DNA of 64,000 bases from Candidatus Omnitrophota bacterium (GCA_028280285.1 JANQMA010000012.1:24817-88816); one strand, 5' to 3'; positions 8,267 to 17,557 are shown, counted from the first letter of the stretch. Made by a program: numbers and translations. The notes: a model not told the origin generated them from the sequence alone.

Positions 8267-10531
8267 TTGTTAAATATGGAACAAGCACGGATCAAAAATC
8301 ATACACAGCTTCTTTGTGATGTCGGAGAGCTTGCGGGACTGTTTCATGATTCAACCAGCCTCGAGGGCTTTCTGCAGCGCATCGTCGAGATGGTTGCCGA
8401 GCATATCAAGGCCGAGGTGTGTTCGATTTATCTTTTTTATGAAGATACACAAGAATTGGAATTAAGAGCGACTAAAGGTCTTAACAAGGATCTTATCGGT
8501 AATGTTAAGTTGAAACTCGGTGAAGGGTTAACCGGTTTGGCTCTTAAAGAGTTACGTCCTGTTAGAGAAGAAAATGCGAGTAAAAATGAAAACTTCAAAT
8601 TTTTTCCGGGGTTGGGGGAAGAGCAGTATGAATCATTTCTAGCCGTGCCTATTCTGCGTGGACGCTCGCGCATCGGCGTTATGGTTGTGCAAAAAATAAC
8701 TAAACACTATTTTTCCGAGGAAGATGCAACTGTCCTGCGGGCGATTACCTCGCAATTGGCTAATACCATTGAAATGACCCGCGTTATTCTCGGAGTGGAT
8801 GAAGAGCATGATCTGCGCAAGGAATCTTTTCAAGAAGAGCAGGCCGACATTATTTATGGCCAGGTCGGTTCCTCCGGTTTTGCATTGGCTGAAGGTTTGG
8901 TTATTAAGGATGATGTGGAAAAGTTGATTGTTGAAGATAATAAAACGTATTCCTATGATGATCTTGAACGTGCATTTGCCGAGACCGAAGAACAACTTGA
9001 GAGTATGCAGACCCAAATTGAAGAGAGGCTCGCCGATGTCGCCTCGCTTATTTTTTCCGCTCAAATTCTTATGCTTAAAGATAAAAGTTTTGTGGATCAT
9101 ATCCGCAATGGTGTCAGCAATGGCGAAAACCCTCCGCAGGCCGTACTACGCGTTGTTAATCAATACATAGATAAATTCAGCAATATCCCCAATCCTTATA
9201 TTCGCGAAAAGGCAAATGATGTGCGTGATATCGGTAAACGTCTTCTTAATAACCTGACGGACAAAAAGGATGTGTATTCCGATACGCAAGATAAAATTAT
9301 TATTGCTAAGGAGCTTTTGCCGTCGGATGCGCTCAAATTTAGCTCCCAGGGGGTTAAGGGAATCATTGTTTTACGCGGTGGGGCAACGGGCCATTTAGCG
9401 ATTTTGGCTCAGTCGCTTCAGATACCGCTGATCATCGCAGATGTCAAAAGTCTTCTTAACACACCTTTAGCTACGCCGATTTTGATGGATGGTAATCAAG
9501 GCCTTATTCATATCAATCCGTCGGATGAGATTATTAAATCTTATGAGAGTTTTGTCACGCATGCTGTAGATCTTGAGGTGCTTAAACAAGAGGTGAAAGA
9601 CACAACCCAAACGGTTGACGGGACATCTATTGATTTATACGCCAACATTAATTTATTAAATGATCTTGACCACGCAATTGCCTTTAAAGCACAAGGGGTC
9701 GGGCTTTATCGCACGGAGTTTCCATTTATTGTGCGCAGTAATTTTCCTAATGAAGAAGAGCAACTGCTTGTTTACCGGAAATTATTATCCCAGATGGAAG
9801 GCAAGGAGGTGACGATCCGTACCCTTGATATCGGTGGAGATAAGGTGCTCAATTACTTTCAGGAAAACGCGAATGAAACCAATCCTTTTCTGGGGTTGCG
9901 TTCCATCCGTTTCTCTCTTAAATATCAGGATATTTTCCGGAATCAAATCCGGGCGATTTTACGTGCCGCGGCTGACAGGGAGTCTATTCGCATTATGTTT
10001 CCTATGATCTCATCGCTTGATGAATTTATCGATTCCAGGGCTGTTGTGTATGAATGCATTGAAGAGCTAAAGTCCTATAATCTTGATTTTTGTGCAAATG
10101 TGCAAATCGGTATGATGGTTGAAATCCCATCTGTCGTTGGGATTATTTATGATTTAGCCAAAGAGGTGGATTTTTTCTCAATCGGTAGTAATGATTTTGT
10201 GCAGTACATGTTGGCGGTTGACCGCACGAATGAAAAGGTGTCTTATCTTTATATGCCACATCATCCGGCCGTGTTAAGAGGTCTTAATAAGATTGTTACT
10301 AAGGCCTGCGAAATGGATAAGCCTGTTTCGCTTTGCGGAGACATGGCACATGATGAAAGGTATTTGGAGTTTCTTATCGGTATTGGACTAACAAATTTTA
10401 GTATTAACCCGCTTTATATTCCACGTGTACAAAAATTTATCGAGGGCCTTGATGCCAAGCAAGCTAAAGAAAAAGCGTATGAGGTGCTTAAGATGAATAG
10501 TCTTACGGAGCTGGGTAAGGTATTTGAATAA
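8267..10531 (+). CDS. ptsP: GAF domain-containing phosphoenolpyruvate-protein phosphotransferase (enzyme I-Ntr type)
   Basis: An N-terminal GAF-like region is followed by EI signatures: GGATGHLAILAQSLQIPLI (phosphohistidine mobile domain), LYRTEF and SIGSNDFVQYMLAVDRTNE (PEP-utilising TIM barrel). The likely true start is ATG 8276 (MEQARIK). Confidence 0.8.
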   Translation: MLNMEQARIKNHTQLLCDVGELAGLFHDSTSLEGFLQRIVEMVAEHIKAEVCSIYLFYEDTQELELRATKGLNKDLIGNVKLKLGEGLTGLALKELRPVREENASKNENFKFFPGLGEEQYESFLAVPILRGRSRIGVMVVQKITKHYFSEEDATVLRAITSQLANTIEMTRVILGVDEEHDLRKESFQEEQADIIYGQVGSSGFALAEGLVIKDDVEKLIVEDNKTYSYDDLERAFAETEEQLESMQTQIEERLADVASLIFSAQILMLKDKSFVDHIRNGVSNGENPPQAVLRVVNQYIDKFSNIPNPYIREKANDVRDIGKRLLNNLTDKKDVYSDTQDKIIIAKELLPSDALKFSSQGVKGIIVLRGGATGHLAILAQSLQIPLIIADVKSLLNTPLATPILMDGNQGLIHINPSDEIIKSYESFVTHAVDLEVLKQEVKDTTQTVDGTSIDLYANINLLNDLDHAIAFKAQGVGLYRTEFPFIVRSNFPNEEEQLLVYRKLLSQMEGKEVTIRTLDIGGDKVLNYFQENANETNPFLGLRSIRFSLKYQDIFRNQIRAILRAAADRESIRIMFPMISSLDEFIDSRAVVYECIEELKSYNLDFCANVQIGMMVEIPSVVGIIYDLAKEVDFFSIGSNDFVQYMLAVDRTNEKVSYLYMPHHPAVLRGLNKIVTKACEMDKPVSLCGDMAHDERYLEFLIGIGLTNFSINPLYIPRVQKFIEGLDAKQAKEKAYEVLKMNSLTELGKVFE

Positions 10532-10537
10532 TAAATT

Positions 10538-10605
10538 TGTGTAATGTGTCATGTGTTATGTGTAATAAAAATTTTAATTACACGTTACACTTTACACATT
10601 ACACA
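10538..10605. repeat. Unique imperfect inverted repeat (heptamer-word arms) in the ptsP-ychF spacer
   Basis: Left arm tgtgtaatgtgtcatgtgttatgtgtaat and right arm attacacgttacactttacacattacaca match at about 24 of 29 positions as a reverse complement. Confidence 0.6.
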
Positions 10606-10624
10606 GTAGAAGCAAGGAGCAAGA

Positions 10625-11698
10625 ATGGAAATTGGAATCGTTGGCCTGCCTAACGTCGGTAAATCAACTTTGTTTAATGCCCTAACGGGGGCTTCAGCAG
10701 CATCGGAAAACTTTCCGTTTACAACGATTGAACCGAATGTCGGTATTGTACCGCTTCCTGATATACGTTTGGGTGAACTTGTTAAGCGTAACAATTCACA
10801 AAAGGAAGTACCGGCCGGGATCCGGTTTGTGGATATTGCAGGGCTTGTCAAAGGCGCCTCTGCCGGCGAAGGTTTAGGCAATAAATTCTTGTCGAACATA
10901 AGATCCTGCGAAGCGATTGCGCATGTGGTGCGGTGTTTTGAAGATGATGATGTGGTTAATGTTATGGGGGCACTTGATCCGGATGGAGCCGCTGAAATTA
11001 TTGAAACGGAACTCATGATTGCCGATATGCAGCAGATTGAAAAAACCATTGATCGTTTACGTAAGATCGCTAAAACAGGGGATAAAGAGGCCCAAGCCAA
11101 GCTGCCTCATTTAGAGACAGCGCTTAAAGGCCTAGAGGAGGGCAAGTCGGTCAGAACACTCGGAATTCCGGAAGATATTGTGCAGGAGTATCAATTTCTT
11201 TCTGGTAAACCGATTCTTTATGTTGCCAATATTGATGAAAACAATTCAGCCCCCGAGGCGATTGAAAAATTAAAAGCGCGTGCCAAGCGCGAAGGCGCCG
11301 AGATCGTTGTATTATGTGCGAAGATGGAGGCCGAAATTGTGCAACTACCCGAGGAGGACCGCTCCGATTATTATGAAGCGGCCGATATCGATAAACCAGG
11401 TTTGCATACCCTCGCTGAAGCGGGATGTCGCCTTTTAAAGCTTGTTTGTTTTTTTACCTCTGGGGAAAAAGAAACCCGTGCTTGGTTGATTCCTGAAGGC
11501 ACCAAAGCCCCCCGTGCCGCTGGGAAAATTCATACCGACATCGAACGCGGATTTATCCGGGCCGAAACATATACCTACGACGATTTAATCAAACATGAAT
11601 CAGAGTCTGCCCTGCGCTCAGAAGGTCTTATGCGCTTAGAAGGCAAAGAGTATGTGATGCAGGATGGGGATGTGGTTCACTTCAGGTTCAGTGTGTAA
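10625..11698 (+). CDS. ychF: Redox-regulated ribosome-binding ATPase YchF
   Basis: The N-terminus MEIGIVGLPNVGKSTLFNALT is the Obg-like GTPase G1 motif. Length is 357 aa with a C-terminal TGS-like domain. SD AAGGAG precedes the start. Confidence 0.9.
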   Translation: MEIGIVGLPNVGKSTLFNALTGASAASENFPFTTIEPNVGIVPLPDIRLGELVKRNNSQKEVPAGIRFVDIAGLVKGASAGEGLGNKFLSNIRSCEAIAHVVRCFEDDDVVNVMGALDPDGAAEIIETELMIADMQQIEKTIDRLRKIAKTGDKEAQAKLPHLETALKGLEEGKSVRTLGIPEDIVQEYQFLSGKPILYVANIDENNSAPEAIEKLKARAKREGAEIVVLCAKMEAEIVQLPEEDRSDYYEAADIDKPGLHTLAEAGCRLLKLVCFFTSGEKETRAWLIPEGTKAPRAAGKIHTDIERGFIRAETYTYDDLIKHESESALRSEGLMRLEGKEYVMQDGDVVHFRFSV

Positions 11699-11702
11699 AG
11701 GG

Positions 11703-11882
11703 AATAAAGATAAAAAGTGGTAAAGTGATAGAGTGGCAGAGTGGTAAAAAGGTTAAAGGTTGAAATTAAATTGTTAATCTTAAACCTATAATATTACTTT
11801 TATCTTTATTATTTCTTGATTGTTTTACTATCACTCTACCACCAATTATCACTTTACTTATGCTTATCACTTTTTACCTTTG
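11703..11882. repeat. Strand-asymmetric word-repeat region in the ychF-dinB spacer
   Basis: The left ~60 nt is almost C-free and built from gtggtaaa / gtgataga / gtggcaga words. The right ~95 nt is almost G-free and built from the complementary words ttatcactt / ctctaccacc / ttacttt. Confidence 0.5.
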
Positions 11883-11898
11883 ACACGGAGCTCATAAA

Positions 11899-13101
11899 TT
11901 GCTAACGCGCAAGATCGCCCACCTCGACATGGATGCCTTTTTTGCGGCCGTTGAACAGCGGGATAATCCTTCTCTTAAAGGAAAACCTGTTGTCATCGGT
12001 GCTGACCCGAAGGGAGGGCAAGGGCGCGGCGTTGTGTCTACCTGCTCTTATGAGGCGCGTCCCTTTGGCATTCATTCGGCCATGCCAATAACGCGTGCGT
12101 ATCGTTTATGTCCACATGCTGTTTATTTGCGGGGTAATTCCCGTAAATACCGTCATGCTTCCAATCAAATTTTTGATATTCTTAAAAATTATACACCGGA
12201 CATTCAACCAATATCCATTGATGAGGCCTTTATGGACATCTCGGGATGTTTTCATGGATCAGAGACAGCAACTGATCTTTGTTGTCGGATTAAAGATCAC
12301 ATTAAAAGAGAGGTACAGCTTAATGCCTCTATTGGCATTGCGCCCAACAAAATGATCGCCAAAATTGCCTCGGATTATTGCAAGCCTGATGGCTTGCTTG
12401 AGATAAAGCCGGAGGACATGCTCAACTTTTTATGGCCGCTGCCGATTGGTAAGATTTGGGGCGTTGGTGCTAAAACGCAAGAAGCGCTCGTCGCGATGAA
12501 TATTAATAATGTCGGAGATCTTGCCAAGTATCCGGTAGACAAACTGCACGCACGTTTTGGGGAATATGGAATTAAGCTTTCGAAATTAGCTAATGGGATT
12601 GATGAGCGTCCGGTCGAGGATGATGATGAAGTTAAATCAGTCTCTAATGAACATACCTTTGATACCGATACACGTAATCTCGATGAAATTTATGATAAGC
12701 TGCTTTTTCTAAGCCAAAAGGTTGCCCGTCGCCTGCGTCGCCATGGACTTAAAGGAAAGACGATAGGTATTAAAATCCGTACCGCGGATTTTCGTACCAT
12801 TACCCGTGCGCATACTATTGGTCAACGTATTCATTTTGATGATATTATTTACAAGGAAGTTAAACAGATGTTTGAGGCTAATTATAAGCCTAACACGCGT
12901 ATTCGCTTGATCGGTGTGCGGGTATCTAATTTCGAAGATCCGTATGTTCAGGAAAGCTTGTTTGAATCACCGGAAGATAGTAAGAGAGAAAGTATGTACA
13001 AAGCAATCGATCAGATTAAAGATAAATACGGAGAAAAGGCCATTAAGAGCGGTCATGTGAAAACGCATGAAAACAAAGAAGTACGGGACAGGAATTTGTA
13101 A
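11899..13101 (+). CDS. dinB: DNA polymerase IV
   Basis: The N-terminus has the HLDMDAFFAAVE motif of Y-family polymerases. Length is 400 aa with little-finger-domain conservation. Confidence 0.9.
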   Translation: MLTRKIAHLDMDAFFAAVEQRDNPSLKGKPVVIGADPKGGQGRGVVSTCSYEARPFGIHSAMPITRAYRLCPHAVYLRGNSRKYRHASNQIFDILKNYTPDIQPISIDEAFMDISGCFHGSETATDLCCRIKDHIKREVQLNASIGIAPNKMIAKIASDYCKPDGLLEIKPEDMLNFLWPLPIGKIWGVGAKTQEALVAMNINNVGDLAKYPVDKLHARFGEYGIKLSKLANGIDERPVEDDDEVKSVSNEHTFDTDTRNLDEIYDKLLFLSQKVARRLRRHGLKGKTIGIKIRTADFRTITRAHTIGQRIHFDDIIYKEVKQMFEANYKPNTRIRLIGVRVSNFEDPYVQESLFESPEDSKRESMYKAIDQIKDKYGEKAIKSGHVKTHENKEVRDRNL

Positions 13102-13418
13102 CTGGTAAAAACCACGTATTAACTTGTCTAATATACCAAATATGGTATAAATATAATATCCGGCTCGAGGCCGGTTGTATTGCATTGTGCAGCGACTTAA
13201 ATCGTTTGCGAGACCGTGAACGATTCTCCGGAGCGAAACAATGCAATACAGAACCCCGAGAGCTTTATTTATAGTTCTCGTTGGGCTTCTGCATTGGTTG
13301 CTTCGTTCCGTGCGCCGTTTGCCTCTGCTAAACGGCTTAAGTCACTCAGCAATCCAATGCAAACGGCCAACTCGAACCAATAAATATGCATTCACAAAAA
13401 ATTTGGAGGCAATTAATT

Positions 13419-13763
13419 ATGAAGGAAAAAATAATAAAAGGGAGTGACAATGTTTTTAAAGACATTGAGGCAAAAAATCCTAAACAATCTTTGGCACGTT
13501 CGGTTATTATGTCTTTGATTACCAAGGAAATCCAGGAGCGAGGTTTGACTCAAATTCAGGCGGGAAAAATCCTTGATTTACCGCAGTCAAAAGTGTCCGG
13601 TCTGATCAATGGTAAGTTGAGCCTTTTTTCTCTTGAGCATTTATGTAAAATGTTGGCTGCACTAGGCAACACAGTCTATATTTCGATTAGAAAAAAATCT
13701 CAAACATCCAAAGTGCACAAGCCAAGGAAAAGAGTAAAGGAAGTATTGGTTAAAGTGCAGTAA
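13419..13763 (+). CDS. XRE-family HTH protein, HigA-like antitoxin-type
   Basis: SD GGAGG lies 9 nt before ATG 13419. The N-terminal GSDNVFKDI motif and an HTH (TQIQAGKILDLPQSKVSGLINGK) are typical of HigA-type XRE antitoxins. No toxin partner ORF was found. Confidence 0.55.
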   Translation: MKEKIIKGSDNVFKDIEAKNPKQSLARSVIMSLITKEIQERGLTQIQAGKILDLPQSKVSGLINGKLSLFSLEHLCKMLAALGNTVYISIRKKSQTSKVHKPRKRVKEVLVKVQ

Positions 13764-13775
13764 CTGCCCGTAGAT

Positions 13776-14615
13776 TTATCTCTTGCTGAAGTACCTTTTC
13801 TGCAATTCCTTCTTTAAAAATTTAAATGCCTCGTCGACATCATCATAGATGTGGAACAAATTAAGGTCACTTTTAGAAATGACACCCCATTTATCCAGGG
13901 CCTTGAAGTTAATCACATCATTCCAAAATTCACGTCCGAACAGAATAACTGGCATATACTTTTTTGTTTTCTGTGTTTGAATGATGGTGAGTAGTTCAAA
14001 GAGCTCATCAAATGTACCAAAACCGCCAGGGAAAACGACCAGCGCCTTGGCCAGGTAGAAAAACCAGAATTTGCGGATGAAAAAATAATGAAATTCAAAA
14101 GAAATGTCAGACGTTTGATAGGGATTGGGATCTTGTTCAAACGGAAGGCTAATATTAAGGCCGACTGATTTGCCGCCTGCTTTTTTGGCGCCGAGATTAG
14201 CCGCTTCCATCATGCCCGGACCACCACCGGAGCAAATATAAAAATGCTGCTTTTTATGATTGGCCTGGTTGAACCAGTGTGTTAATTTTTTCGCTAAGTC
14301 AACGGCCTGTTCATGATAATGGGCCAGTTTGACGGCATGCTCAGCTTTTTCGATAAGATGTGCGTAGTCTGCGTCTTTTTTATGACAACGTTTAGCGTAG
14401 GTTAGCTTTTTCTGAGCCTCTTTTAAAGAAGTAGATCTGGCTGATCCAAAAAAGACAACGGTGTTATGCACATCATTAACCCGCAAACGGTGGGCTGGCT
14501 CAATGAGCTCGCACATGATGCGAATATTACGCGCCGTAGGAGAGGCGAGAAAGTTTGGGTTTTTATAGGCCTTGATGATGGAGGCTTTTTTTGTTTTTTT
14601 GCGAGATTTAGTCAT
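13776..14615 (-). CDS. LOG family protein (TIGR00730 Rossmann-fold nucleotide-binding / cytokinin riboside 5'-monophosphate phosphoribohydrolase-like)
   Basis: Carries the GGGPGMMEA motif and the PGGFGTFDELFE motif (PGGxGTxxE). Confidence 0.75.
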   Translation of the reverse strand: MTKSRKKTKKASIIKAYKNPNFLASPTARNIRIMCELIEPAHRLRVNDVHNTVVFFGSARSTSLKEAQKKLTYAKRCHKKDADYAHLIEKAEHAVKLAHYHEQAVDLAKKLTHWFNQANHKKQHFYICSGGGPGMMEAANLGAKKAGGKSVGLNISLPFEQDPNPYQTSDISFEFHYFFIRKFWFFYLAKALVVFPGGFGTFDELFELLTIIQTQKTKKYMPVILFGREFWNDVINFKALDKWGVISKSDLNLFHIYDDVDEAFKFLKKELQKRYFSKR

Positions 14616-14640
14616 TTCGTGTCCTTCGAAATAGATAAAT

Positions 14641-14712
14641 TTGTTTAATGTTTATAGTTTAATGTTTATTAAGTTTACTTAAACTTTAAACAGTAAACAT
14701 TAAACTGTTTGT
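14641..14712. repeat. AT-rich intergenic inverted-repeat family, copy 1
   Basis: Sequence is ttgtttaatgtttatagtttaatgtttatt...aaactttaaacagtaaacattaaactgttt. Related copies lie at 17451, 37117, 40656 and 43750. Confidence 0.6.
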
Positions 14713-14713
14713 A

Positions 14714-15562
14714 TTATTTTAACTTCAGTTCCGCCCAAATCGGAATATGATCGCTGGCTGATTTATCAATCACTTTGCCTTTATCAATGATGTCAAAGTT
14801 ACGTGTGTAAAAATGGTCTAATGTCGGTTTTTTATGCGCGAGAAACCAGGCGTGGTTGGTCCAGCCAATGTCATCTGTGACCCAGTCATAGTTATTGCGT
14901 TTAAATGCAGTAAATATTTCATTCTGATCTTTTTTGGTGAATGTATTAAAATCACCGCCGACAATCACATGCGTTATCTCTTCAGGGATAGTCGCGAGGA
15001 TTTTATCAATCCGTTGACGCCGTTCTGTCGGCCGGTTAAATATTCCTAAGTGAAGAGAGATCGCCGCTATGTTTGTCCCGCGGTAATCCAGTATTGTGAC
15101 AACTGCGATGCGCTGACGTTTATTAATATTTTTGTTGGGTAAAATGACTTTATAATCACTCGTAATTTTCCATTTAGACAAAACGGCATTGCCAAAGTCT
15201 TTTCCGTTAATGGGATGCAACACAGCCGGATAATAAACGTAATTATATTGAAGGGCCTGTGCAATACGCTCAACACCGTCTTGATCCATTTCCTGCAGCA
15301 AGATAATGTCGGCATCATTCAGTTCTGCGTGTGAGGACAGCACGTTCGTTGCCTTGGTTATTTTTTTTGCGTATTTGATATTATAGGAGACAACTTTGAT
15401 ATTTTTGTCAGGGTTAACCCACCCCTTGACAATGTTGTCAGATGCATAGCGTGGTTTTTCTGTAGATGTATAATTTCTCAAATAATCCTCTATCTGACTA
15501 CATCCGTTTAGAATTAAGCCTGCTAGAAGGCATATCAGAAGGTGTTTTGATTTAGAAATCAT
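14714..15562 (-). CDS. Endonuclease/exonuclease/phosphatase (EEP) family lipoprotein
   Basis: A lipobox (LNGCSQ) follows the signal peptide. EEP-like motifs are present (LQEMDQ, GGDFNTF, SDHIPIWAEL). Confidence 0.6.
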   Translation of the reverse strand: MISKSKHLLICLLAGLILNGCSQIEDYLRNYTSTEKPRYASDNIVKGWVNPDKNIKVVSYNIKYAKKITKATNVLSSHAELNDADIILLQEMDQDGVERIAQALQYNYVYYPAVLHPINGKDFGNAVLSKWKITSDYKVILPNKNINKRQRIAVVTILDYRGTNIAAISLHLGIFNRPTERRQRIDKILATIPEEITHVIVGGDFNTFTKKDQNEIFTAFKRNNYDWVTDDIGWTNHAWFLAHKKPTLDHFYTRNFDIIDKGKVIDKSASDHIPIWAELKLK

Positions 15563-15673
15563 GCATAACCGTCATAATATTTTCATATCACCAGCACGCC
15601 AAAAGTATAGCACATTTTTACTGTAATTTTATATTTTCCCTTTAAAATATAATTGTCTTTCAACAGGTATTAT

Positions 15674-16333
15674 ATGAAAAACTGGATACTGACATTTTTA
15701 TTGCTTATTATACCTTTGTCTGCCGAAGCGGCGGAGAAATTCATCTATCAATCGTATGACAAAAATAATGAGCTTCTGGATCATTGGTTTTCACTAGAAT
15801 TTATTGAACGTAATGCGCAAGGATGGCGCATGCGCTCGCATCGTAAAATTGATGGGCTTGATATTTATGAAGAATATCAACTGGATGAGAATTATGCCAC
15901 ATTGTGGTGGAATGTCGATTGCAAAGAGCACGGCACCTCTTATAAGGGAAGACGTGTGGGTAATAAGTTGATTATGCAGGGCAGGCTCAATGGCAAGGAA
16001 TTGACACGGGAGATTAAAATCGATGACAAGCCCTTTTATTATAATCCTAAGGTCGGGTTGATTCCTTTTGCTAAATCCGATGAGACGAAACATGAATTTT
16101 GGGGTATTCATAACCTTGTTTTGGCGCGGTATAATTTAATTGCCAAAAAGATCGGTAAACAAAAGCTTTTAATTGACGGAGTTGAAGAGGAGGTCGTTGG
16201 GATTGAATGGAAGGCCCGACGTGTTCCGGCGCTCATATTTAACCGGACCTATTGGTTTCGCACATCGGATTATATGTATGTCCGTCAGGATGAAAAACGC
16301 GGTGTTAGGCGGGAGCTTGTGGGAGTAGAATAA
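15674..16333 (+). CDS. Secreted hypothetical protein
   Basis: Signal peptide MKNWILTFLLLIIPLSAEA. No domain was recognised. The start was moved from the ORF-track 15653 to the Met that begins the signal peptide. Confidence 0.45.
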   Translation: MKNWILTFLLLIIPLSAEAAEKFIYQSYDKNNELLDHWFSLEFIERNAQGWRMRSHRKIDGLDIYEEYQLDENYATLWWNVDCKEHGTSYKGRRVGNKLIMQGRLNGKELTREIKIDDKPFYYNPKVGLIPFAKSDETKHEFWGIHNLVLARYNLIAKKIGKQKLLIDGVEEEVVGIEWKARRVPALIFNRTYWFRTSDYMYVRQDEKRGVRRELVGVE

Positions 16334-16436
16334 TTTATCTAAAGAGTGATCAGAGTTCAGTGATCAGTGGTCAGTTTCCATGGTCTATGATTACTGAGCA
16401 CTGGTCACTGATCACTTGTAAAAAAAGGAGCAAGGC

Positions 16437-16718
16437 ATGACAAAAGCAACAGCAAGGCATATTTTAGTCGAAACAGAAGATGAATGTCTAAAATTAAAAC
16501 AAGAGATTGAAGGCGGGGCTGACTTTGCAGATTTGGCAGCTCAGCATTCTAAATGCCCATCAGGTCAGCAAGGCGGTGATCTAGGTGAATTTGCCCCAGG
16601 CGCAATGGTTCCGGAATTTGACAAGGTTGTATTTTCCGCAGATATCGGGACAGTCCAGGGGCCGGTTGAGACGCAGTTTGGCTATCACTTGCTTGAGGTG
16701 ACGAGTAGGGAGGATTAA
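16437..16718 (+). CDS. ppiC: PpiC-type (parvulin) peptidyl-prolyl cis-trans isomerase
   Basis: Near full-length similarity to E. coli PpiC (ARHILV...GADFADLAAQHSKCPSGQQGGDLGEF...MVPEFDKVVFS...QFGYHLLEV). SD AAAGGAG precedes the start. Confidence 0.85.
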   Translation: MTKATARHILVETEDECLKLKQEIEGGADFADLAAQHSKCPSGQQGGDLGEFAPGAMVPEFDKVVFSADIGTVQGPVETQFGYHLLEVTSRED

Positions 16719-16720
16719 TA

Positions 16721-16788
16721 AATAGTGCCAGGTACTATTTTTTGTATTTCTATTTTTAAAAATGGTAAAAATAGTACCTGGCACTATT
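16721..16788 (+). terminator. Perfect 22-bp inverted-repeat hairpin after ppiC
   Basis: AATAGTGCCAGGTACTATTTTT ... AAAAATAGTACCTGGCACTATT, followed by a T-rich tract. It overlaps the ORF-track start of the next gene, which argues that gene starts further downstream. Confidence 0.55.
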
Positions 16789-16904
16789 TATTTGTAATCA
16801 TCTTTGCCTGCACATTGGCTCACGCTGACATCGAATGGGAAGATGAGGATGAAGGGAAATTTATTTTTGGCGCCCCATCCGTCGTGGAGGAGCAAAAGCC
16901 CAGA

Positions 16905-17441
16905 ATGCCCCGTAAAAACGGTACAATTATCCGTTATTACGGGGATGGAGGGCTTAAGAGTAAAGCCACATACAAAGACGGCGTCAAAGAAGGCCCCGTC
17001 AATGAGTATTACCCTAACGGTAAATTAAAAAAAGCATTTAATTACAAGAACGGCAAAATAGACGGAAAAGTGAGCATCTATTCGCCGCAAGGGGTTCTTG
17101 TATCGCGTGAAGAATACAAAAACGAGGTTAAAGATGGCGTGGCGCTACAGTATTACCCGGATGGGACCGTTAAGATTGAAAGCACCTATCTGAATGGAGA
17201 GCGTGTTGGTGTTTCGCGCAGTTTTTATCCGGATGGTCGTCTTTGGGAAGAGGTTAATTTTGACTCAGGCCGTCAACATGGCCCCACGAAAATATTTCAT
17301 AAAAACGGTAACTTAAGGATCAATAAGATATATAATCAGGGAAGATGCGAAACGATGACAAAGTATAAAAATGGTGAAGCGGTATCGGAGGAATCTTGCG
17401 GATCTAATGTTAAGGTTCAAAGTGATTTAGATAGTGAATGA
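16905..17441 (+). CDS. MORN-repeat protein (YwqK-like)
   Basis: Repeated YxxGxxxG units (YYPNGKLKKAFNYKNGKIDGKVSIYSPQG; YYPDGTVKIESTYLNGERVG). The start is uncertain (ATG 16905 or TTG 16816), because the ORF-track start at 16725 lies inside the ppiC terminator hairpin. Confidence 0.5.
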   Translation: MPRKNGTIIRYYGDGGLKSKATYKDGVKEGPVNEYYPNGKLKKAFNYKNGKIDGKVSIYSPQGVLVSREEYKNEVKDGVALQYYPDGTVKIESTYLNGERVGVSRSFYPDGRLWEEVNFDSGRQHGPTKIFHKNGNLRINKIYNQGRCETMTKYKNGEAVSEESCGSNVKVQSDLDSE

Positions 17442-17450
17442 TAGGTTTGT

Positions 17451-17517
17451 TCAATGTTTAGAGTTTATTGTTTTAAAATCGTGGTTAAACATTAAACAGT
17501 AAACTTTAAACTGTTTG
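17451..17517. repeat. AT-rich intergenic inverted-repeat family, copy 2
   Basis: Sequence is tcaatgtttagagtttattgtttt...aaacattaaacagtaaactttaaactgtttg. Confidence 0.55.
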
Positions 17518-17557
17518 ATGATAATGATTGTTTTCTAAAGAAAGGTTAAGCTACACA

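Noticed and set aside
8639-9100. 153-aa minus-strand ORF (and other antisense ORFs such as 10585-11100, 45773-46354, 32803-33144, 33665-34147)
   Set aside because: They lie entirely inside well-supported + strand genes (ptsP, ychF, gcvPA, the Nramp-like gene, the IDH-family gene), and have no RBS or recognisable domains.
13241-13447. 68-aa ORF upstream of the HigA-like gene as a possible toxin
   Set aside because: No RelE/ParE-like motifs, it overlaps the HTH gene start by ~60 nt, and the region is dominated by inverted repeats. It is more likely non-coding.
16725-16904. N-terminal 60 aa of the MORN protein as given in the ORF track
   Set aside because: That stretch is encoded by the perfect 22-bp terminator hairpin after ppiC, so it is unlikely to be translated.
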